DNA of 14,131 bases from the NCBI GenBank assembly GCA_038320275.1, contig JBBQEB010000100.1, positions 1-14,131 of the forward strand. The letters run 5' to 3'. The notes under the pieces are model-generated. The model ran no database searches. It was not told the DNA's origin and saw only the letters and a program-made list of their open reading frames with translations. Shown here piece after piece: positions 9,195 to 14,131 of this stretch. How positions within the stretch are numbered: the first letter of the stretch is position 1; every line of letters starts with the position of its first letter. The position numbers and the translations under genes were made by a program. This DNA comes from Myxococcales bacterium (GTDB lineage: Bacteria; Myxococcota; Myxococcia; Myxococcales; Anaeromyxobacteraceae).

Positions 9195-11264
9195 CTAGAC
9201 CCAGAACCGGCGCATGAGGACGTTCAGCACGGCCCCCACGCCCATCGAGAACGGCAGGATGAAGCCGGCGATGGCGAGGCCCGTCTTCATCCCGCGCTCC
9301 TTCACGATCATGAAGAAGTTGGCGATGCAAGGGATGAAGAGCGTGATGGTGGTGAGGGCGACCACCACCTCCGCCTGCATGGAGCGGGTCATAGTGCCCG
9401 CCTTCATGAACGGCTGGTAGTGCACGAACAGCCCGGCCGCGGCGTAGTCGCGGCGCAGGAAGCCCAGGATGAAGGCGCTCGCGGCTTCCTTGGGGAGTTG
9501 CAGCAGCCCCACCACCACCGGCGCAGCGGCCCGCTCCATCAGGGCGATGCCGTGCACCCGGTCGAGCCCCCACAGGATGAGCGTGCCGAGCACGAAGAGC
9601 GGCAGCGCCTCGCGCAGGTACCACTCGATGCGGGCGAGCGTCTTCACCGCGATGTTGCCGGCCTGGGGAATGCGGAGGGGCGGCAGCTCCAGGATGAAGT
9701 CGGAGCCGCGTCCGGGGATCACCTTGGCGGCGAGCCAGCCCACCAGGAAGAGCACCGCCACCACCGCGCAGAAGAACCAGGCCGCGGCGGCGGGGCCCAC
9801 CCCCGCCAGCATGGCGAAGATGACCGCCAGTTGCGCGCTGCAGGGCACGCCCAGCGCGAGGAGCAAGGTGACGATCACCCGCTCCTTGCGCGTCTCCATG
9901 ATGCGGGCGGTCATGGTGGCCATGGTGTCGCAGCCGAGGCCGAGCACCATGGGGAGCACGGCCTTGCCGTTGAGCCCCATGCGCTTGAAGATCTTGTTCA
10001 CCATCACCGCCAGCCGGGGCAGGTAGCCCGAGTCCTCCAGCACGCTGAAGGCGATGAAGAAGGTGGTGACGATCGGGAGCACGATCGCCATGCCGTAGGA
10101 GAGGCCCATCGAGAAGACGCCGTACTTGCCGATCAGGAAGCCCGAGTGCTCGCGGAAGGGCACGCCGGCGGGGCCCACCAGGAACTCCTGCAGCCCCTTC
10201 CACGGCACCGCGAAGCGCAAGAGCCGATCGGTCCAGGGCACCAGCCGGTCGTAGAAGACGGCGTTCTCGAGGAAGTCGACGGCGGTCTTGGCGCCGAAGA
10301 CGCCGACGAACTCGTAGCAGGCGAAGAGCACCGCCATCAGGACCGGGATGCCGAGCACAGGGTGCGTGGACCACCCGCCGAGCGTCCGCGCGAAGGCGCT
10401 CCCCGCCGACTTGCGCCCGCGCGTGACCACCGCGTCGTGCAGCCGATCGACGAAGGCGAGGCGCTGCTTCGCCACCACGAACCGGAGCGACTCCGGGTAC
10501 CGGGAGGCGAGGCTCCGGCGCACGTCCTCCACCTTCGAGAGATCGTCCGCGGGCAGCGTGCCCGCGAGGGTCTCGCTCAGCGACTCGTCCCCGACGAGCG
10601 CCATGATTCCGAGCGCCCGCGCGCCCAGGCCACCGCGCGCCGGGATGAGATGCGCCACCTGCGCAATGGCCTCCTCGATGGCCTCGTCGTAGCGCACCGA
10701 CAGCTTGGACCGGCGCGCCGAGGCGAGCCCGGAGGAGAGCTGCGGCAGCCCCTGCCGCTGCACCGCCACCGTGGGCACGACCTCCACGCCGAGCGCCGCG
10801 GAGAGCTTCGGGACGTCCACGTGGATGCCGCGCCCGGCGGCCTCGTCCGCCATGTTGAGCGCGAGCGCGAAGGGGACGCCCGCCTCGGCGAGCTGGACGG
10901 TCAGGAGGAGGCCGCGCCGCAGGTTCTTCGTGTCGCAGACCTGAAGGCAGACGTAGTCGCGCTCCTTCATCAGGATGTCGCGGGTAACCTGCTCGTCCTC
11001 CGACATCGGCGTGAGGTTGTTCGTCCCCGGCGTGTCCATCACGTGCCAGGGCCGCCCGTCGATGGTGGCCGAGCCGCGCGTCACCTCCACCGTCGTACCG
11101 GGATAGTTCGAGACGGTGACGTACTTGCCCGTGAGCGCGCCGAAGAGGACGCTCTTCCCGACGTTGGGATTGCCCACCAGGATGACGGAGCGGGGCGCGG
11201 CGACGACCTGCTTGTCGAGCGGCTCCGGCCGGGCCTGGGCCACCGCTGGCGAGGGAGGCGTCAC
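9195..11264 (-). CDS. feoB: Ferrous iron transporter FeoB, 689 aa
   Basis: G1 GNPNVGKS, G2 NYPGTT, G3 DTPG and G4 NMAD; membrane-domain motifs LEDSGYLPRLA, GLGC, VPCSAQL, FILELPP and LFIPCIA. GTG at 11264 overlaps the fur stop, with GAGGAG 6 nt upstream. Confidence 0.97.
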   Translation of the reverse strand: MTPPSPAVAQARPEPLDKQVVAAPRSVILVGNPNVGKSVLFGALTGKYVTVSNYPGTTVEVTRGSATIDGRPWHVMDTPGTNNLTPMSEDEQVTRDILMKERDYVCLQVCDTKNLRRGLLLTVQLAEAGVPFALALNMADEAAGRGIHVDVPKLSAALGVEVVPTVAVQRQGLPQLSSGLASARRSKLSVRYDEAIEEAIAQVAHLIPARGGLGARALGIMALVGDESLSETLAGTLPADDLSKVEDVRRSLASRYPESLRFVVAKQRLAFVDRLHDAVVTRGRKSAGSAFARTLGGWSTHPVLGIPVLMAVLFACYEFVGVFGAKTAVDFLENAVFYDRLVPWTDRLLRFAVPWKGLQEFLVGPAGVPFREHSGFLIGKYGVFSMGLSYGMAIVLPIVTTFFIAFSVLEDSGYLPRLAVMVNKIFKRMGLNGKAVLPMVLGLGCDTMATMTARIMETRKERVIVTLLLALGVPCSAQLAVIFAMLAGVGPAAAAWFFCAVVAVLFLVGWLAAKVIPGRGSDFILELPPLRIPQAGNIAVKTLARIEWYLREALPLFVLGTLILWGLDRVHGIALMERAAAPVVVGLLQLPKEAASAFILGFLRRDYAAAGLFVHYQPFMKAGTMTRSMQAEVVVALTTITLFIPCIANFFMIVKERGMKTGLAIAGFILPFSMGVGAVLNVLMRRFWV

Positions 11265-11764
11265 GACACGCTCCTCTCGCGGGCCGCGGCGCGACGGCAC
11301 GTCGAGCAGCGCCCGTAGAGCTCGACCCTGCGGCGCTCCACCTCGAAGCCGTGGCGGCGGGCGAGCTTCCGCTGGAGCTCGGCGATGCGCTCGCTCTCGA
11401 ACTCGACGATCTCCCCGCAGGCGGTGCAGATGAGGTGGTCGTGCGCGTCGGCGTCCGGGCGGGTGGCCGGCTCGTAGCGGGTCTGTCCGTCTCCGAACTG
11501 GCGGGCCACGGCCAGCCCGCATTCCGCCAGGAGCTTCATGGTGCGGTAGACGGTGGCGACGGAGACGCGCGGATCGCGCTCCCGGACCCGCGCCACCAGC
11601 GCCTCCACCGGGACGTGGCCCCCCATGGCGAAGAACGCCTGGGCGATGGCCTCACGCTGGCGCGAGTGCTTGAGCCCCCGGAGCTGCAGGTTCAGGGCGA
11701 GGGCCGCCAGCGGATCTCGGCCGGCGCGGGAGCTTCGGGCATGGTGGGCGTCGGTCGAGCTCAT
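11261..11764 (-). CDS. fur: Ferric uptake regulator (Fur family), 167 aa
   Basis: S.QR..I, SVATVYRTMKLL, RYE, HDHLICTACGEIVEF and LYGRCSTC. ATG at 11764 is preferred over TTG at 11782, which lies inside the Fur box. Confidence 0.93.
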   Translation of the reverse strand: MSSTDAHHARSSRAGRDPLAALALNLQLRGLKHSRQREAIAQAFFAMGGHVPVEALVARVRERDPRVSVATVYRTMKLLAECGLAVARQFGDGQTRYEPATRPDADAHDHLICTACGEIVEFESERIAELQRKLARRHGFEVERRRVELYGRCSTCRRAAARERSVS

Positions 11765-11767
11765 CTT

Positions 11768-11786
11768 GATAACGATTCTCAATATC
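11768..11786. promoter_or_regulatory. Fur box
   Basis: The minus strand reads GATATTGAGAATCGTTATC, a 16/19 match to GATAATGATAATCATTATC. It is an AT-rich island in GC-rich DNA, 3 nt upstream of the fur ATG. A -35-like TTGCCG lies at 11807-11802. Confidence 0.9.
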
Positions 11787-11841
11787 AGAACCGACGCGCC
11801 ACGGCAAGGGGCGCCCTCCTGCCGGCCCGGGAGGTGGACCG

Positions 11842-12066
11842 CAGCTTCGCGGGAAGTCCCACCGAACCGCTCGTTCGGGGGAGGGGTCCCAGCGAAGCGC
11901 TTGGTTACGGGCGAGGGGTCCCAGCGAAGCTGGAGAGGGGCTTTGCCCCTCTAGGCAGGGACAGCGAGCGAATCGAGCGTGGGCCCCTGCGAGCAGGAGT
12001 GGGGCCCCGACGGCTCTGCCGGCGGGGCGGGGCAGCATGCCCCGGTGAGACACCAGCATGCCCCGC
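11842..12066. repeat. Intergenic cluster of inverted and direct repeats (REP/MITE-like element or structured RNA)
   Basis: 18 bp direct repeat at 11881-11898 and 11913-11930; 12 bp direct repeat at 12033-12044 and 12054-12065; hairpins at 11862-11878, 11934-11952, 12004-12028, 12028-12044 and 12044-12054. Confidence 0.7.
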
Positions 12067-12067
12067 T

Positions 12068-12670
12068 TCAATGCTTCGCCACCCAGGCCCGCCAGCGCGC
12101 CGGGGCGTCGGGCCCGTCCCCGCCCATGTCGGTTCCCGCCAGCGCGGTCAGCGAGGCGCGCGCCTGCCGCCGCACCTCGGGCGATGGGTCCTCGAGGAGC
12201 TCCGCGAGGCGCGGCAGATAGCGGAGCGCGTCAGCCTGGTCCCGGTGGCGGGCGAGCTCCGCTGCGAGCGCCCGCGCCTCGGCGTCGGGGGAGTCCAGGT
12301 GGCGGGAGAGATCGACCGAGCGAACCGTCCCGGCCGCGCGGAATCGCTCCATCGAGCCGGGCGCCGCCACCGACAGGACGAGGACCATCACCAGTACCTG
12401 CACGAGTGCCTTGCCGGCGTGACAGCGGCCCGCGCGCACGAGGACGAAGCGGTAGGCCGCGAAGAGCGCGATGAAGGCGGCGAGGAGCAGGGGTGGGGCG
12501 ACCAGGCTGGCACGGGGCGCCCTCCCCTCCCTCACCAGCTGCTCCAGCGCCGGGGCGCCGAAGAGCGTCGCGGCCGCGGACGCCAGCAAAAGGACGTACA
12601 GCACCCAACGCGCGCGCCGCACCAGCGGCGGCGTGGAACCTCGCCTCGGCAGCTCGCCGGCGCTCGCCAT
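12068..12670 (-). CDS. Membrane protein (about 3 TM helices) with a C-terminal HEAT-like repeat, 200 aa
   Basis: Three hydrophobic segments followed by LDSPDAEARALAAELA and LLEDPSPEVRRQARASL. Start at ATG 12670 is chosen because the longer ORF would span the divergent promoter region. Confidence 0.75.
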   Translation of the reverse strand: MASAGELPRRGSTPPLVRRARWVLYVLLLASAAATLFGAPALEQLVREGRAPRASLVAPPLLLAAFIALFAAYRFVLVRAGRCHAGKALVQVLVMVLVLSVAAPGSMERFRAAGTVRSVDLSRHLDSPDAEARALAAELARHRDQADALRYLPRLAELLEDPSPEVRRQARASLTALAGTDMGGDGPDAPARWRAWVAKH

Positions 12671-12718
12671 CTTGAAGCCTATAAAGCACGGCCCCGCCCT
12701 CCACGCCAGATGCGCGGC

Positions 12719-12748
12719 TTGACTCGCCCTGCCACGGGAGGCGAGCTT
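12719..12748 (+). promoter_or_regulatory. Possible sigma70 promoter overlapped by an inverted repeat
   Basis: TTGACT, 18 nt, GAGCTT (weak -10). CTCGCC (12723-12728) and GGCGAG (12740-12745) form an inverted repeat. Confidence 0.3.
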
Positions 12749-12758
12749 CGCCCCGACC

Positions 12759-14131
12759 ATGGAACTCGACGACGAGCTGTTGGCGCGCGCGCTCGGCTGG
12801 TGCTCCGAAGCGGGCCGGCACGCCTCCGCCGAGGAGGTCCGGGCGGCGCTCTCCCCCCTCTCCTGGGATCAGCTTCTCGCCGCGCGCGCCATCCTGGCCG
12901 ACTCCCCGCGCGCGCGTCCGCTGGGGCCGCGCGCACTGGCGGACATGGCCCGCGGCGCCCCGGCCGACATCGCGGCGGAGCGCGAGCGCGAGGGGCGTTA
13001 CGGACCTGGGGACAACGCGCCGCGCCCTGAGGCCGTCGCTCCCGCCCCCGCCCCCGCTCGACGGACGCGCAAGGCCACCGCGCGCGGGCCCCGAGCGGCC
13101 GGGCCGGTGGTGCGGCGCGCGCGGGATCGCGTGGCGCAGGAGCCCGCCCCGGCCCCCCTGCCGCCTCTGCTCGACATCCTGTTCGAGAGCGAGGGGCGCG
13201 CCCTCCTGCAACGCCTCGTCCGGAGACATGGGGCGCGCAGGGCGCCCATCCTGGCCGCGCTCGCACGCGGGTGGCGCGGGGCTGATGGTGCAGTGCCGGG
13301 CGAGCCGGAGCTGGAGGCGCTGCTCGACGCGCACGGCCTCGCGAATGGCTTCGCCCGCCGCGAGCGCGACGAGCTCCTCCATGTCCTGCGGGCCTCGCTG
13401 GGGCTCCGCACGCGGGCGGCGGCGGCGCTGGGGCTCTCCGTGGACGGCCTGGACGCTGCCCTGCGCCGGCTCGGCGCGGAGGGCAGCGCAGAAGAGGTGC
13501 GAGAGGCTCGGCGGGCGGAGCTCCGGCGGCGCGCGACGCTCTCGGAGCTGGCGAGGATGCTGCTGGAGGAGGAGGCGGCGCTCGTCGATCTGGGCATGGC
13601 GGAAGAGGTCGCAGCCAACTTGCGCTCGCGGTTGCCCGAGCATTCCCGGGCGCTTCGGGCGACCTCTCCGGCGGGCCTGGTGCGGGCGCTCGCGCGAAGC
13701 CTCTCGCTCACCGAAGCGCAGGCGGAGGCGCTCAGCGCCAGGGTGGACCTGGGGCGCTTCGCGGCGCAGCGCCCGGGACCGCGCGGCTCCACGGCGCCAG
13801 CGCTCCCCCGCGCCAAGCCGGCAGCCCCGAGCCGCCGCGCTCCTGGGGCGGGCGGACCGCGCGCTGCCTCCCGGTCACCCCGTGCGGAGGCGAGCCGCTA
13901 CGGGCCGGGCGCCGCTCGGCCGGGACGGTCACCACGCTCGGGCGATCGCAACGCCGCTCGGCCGGGACGGCCACCGCCCTCGCGCGATCGCGGCGGCTCG
14001 TCCACCGGGAGCGCCTCCCCCCGCCGCGGCGCCCCCCGGCCGCCGAGCTCGCCCCGCCCCGCGCGCCCCGCGGGCTCGCCCGGCCCGCCGCGCTCGCCCC
14101 ACCCCGCCCCGGGCGGCCCGCGCTCGCCGAG
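12759..14131 (+). CDS. Hypothetical protein with an internal Fis-type HTH and a Pro/Arg/Gly/Ser-rich tail; truncated by the window edge
   Basis: Not in the ORF track. The frame from ATG 12759 (MELDDELLARALGWC...) is open to the window end (457 codons) with GC-rich third positions. ERDELLHVLRASLGLRTRAAAALGLSVDGLDAALRRLG resembles the Fis/HTH_8 pattern. Confidence 0.78.
   Translation, partial: MELDDELLARALGWCSEAGRHASAEEVRAALSPLSWDQLLAARAILADSPRARPLGPRALADMARGAPADIAAEREREGRYGPGDNAPRPEAVAPAPAPARRTRKATARGPRAAGPVVRRARDRVAQEPAPAPLPPLLDILFESEGRALLQRLVRRHGARRAPILAALARGWRGADGAVPGEPELEALLDAHGLANGFARRERDELLHVLRASLGLRTRAAAALGLSVDGLDAALRRLGAEGSAEEVREARRAELRRRATLSELARMLLEEEAALVDLGMAEEVAANLRSRLPEHSRALRATSPAGLVRALARSLSLTEAQAEALSARVDLGRFAAQRPGPRGSTAPALPRAKPAAPSRRAPGAGGPRAASRSPRAEASRYGPGAARPGRSPRSGDRNAARPGRPPPSRDRGGSSTGSASPRRGAPRPPSSPRPARPAGSPGPPRSPHPAPGGPRSP
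13910..13993 (+). repeat. Two imperfect 42 bp in-frame tandem repeat units
   Basis: CGCCGCTCGGCCGGGACGG is identical at 13910-13928 and 13952-13970. The units encode AARPGRSPRSGDRN and AARPGRPPPSRDRG. Confidence 0.8.

Noticed and set aside
7402..11318. Long plus-strand ORFs 7402..8940 and 9084..11318, and minus-strand 8926..10374
   Set aside because: They overlap well-supported feo operon genes and carry no family signatures.
7157..11522. N-terminal extensions given in the ORF track for feoB (11522), the DtxR-like gene (9119), the barrel (8685) and the cytochrome (7690)
   Set aside because: Each extension overlaps the upstream gene. The internal starts have RBS or stop-start coupling and give proper signal peptides or domain boundaries.
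11881..11930. 18 bp direct repeat as a mini CRISPR array
   Set aside because: Only two copies, repeat and 14 nt spacer are too short, and no cas genes are present.
11351..13974. ORFs 11351..13030 (+), 12231..13643 (-), 12679..13266 (-), 12998..13816 (-) and 13732..13974 (-)
   Set aside because: Shadows of fur, the HEAT gene and the plus-strand gene starting at 12759, which has the more protein-like sequence.

Overview
Very GC-rich chromosomal window that looks myxobacterial (Anaeromyxobacter-like; this is inferred from gene content and order). From left to right it holds: the 5' part of a dnaK (minus strand, runs off the left edge); a divergent diacylglycerol-kinase-family gene behind a sigma54-type promoter; a minus-strand ftsB / GAF-GAF-GGDEF diguanylate cyclase (DmxA-like) / PIN-PhoH / ybeD run; a minus-strand iron operon under a clear Fur box; a ~225 bp hairpin- and repeat-dense intergenic element; a membrane HEAT-repeat protein; and a divergent, partial protein with an internal Fis-type HTH. 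The iron operon is fur, feoB, an 8-Cys miniprotein, a DtxR/IdeR-FeoA protein, a predicted outer-membrane beta-barrel and a monoheme cytochrome c lipoprotein. This extended Feo operon is the most interesting part. It has no stand-alone FeoA, its DtxR-like protein has a degenerate-looking HTH, its Fur appears to have lost one metal site, and it ends in a barrel plus cytochrome pair. No rRNA, tRNA, CRISPR array or transposase was recognised. All family calls come from reading motifs by eye; no database searches were run.
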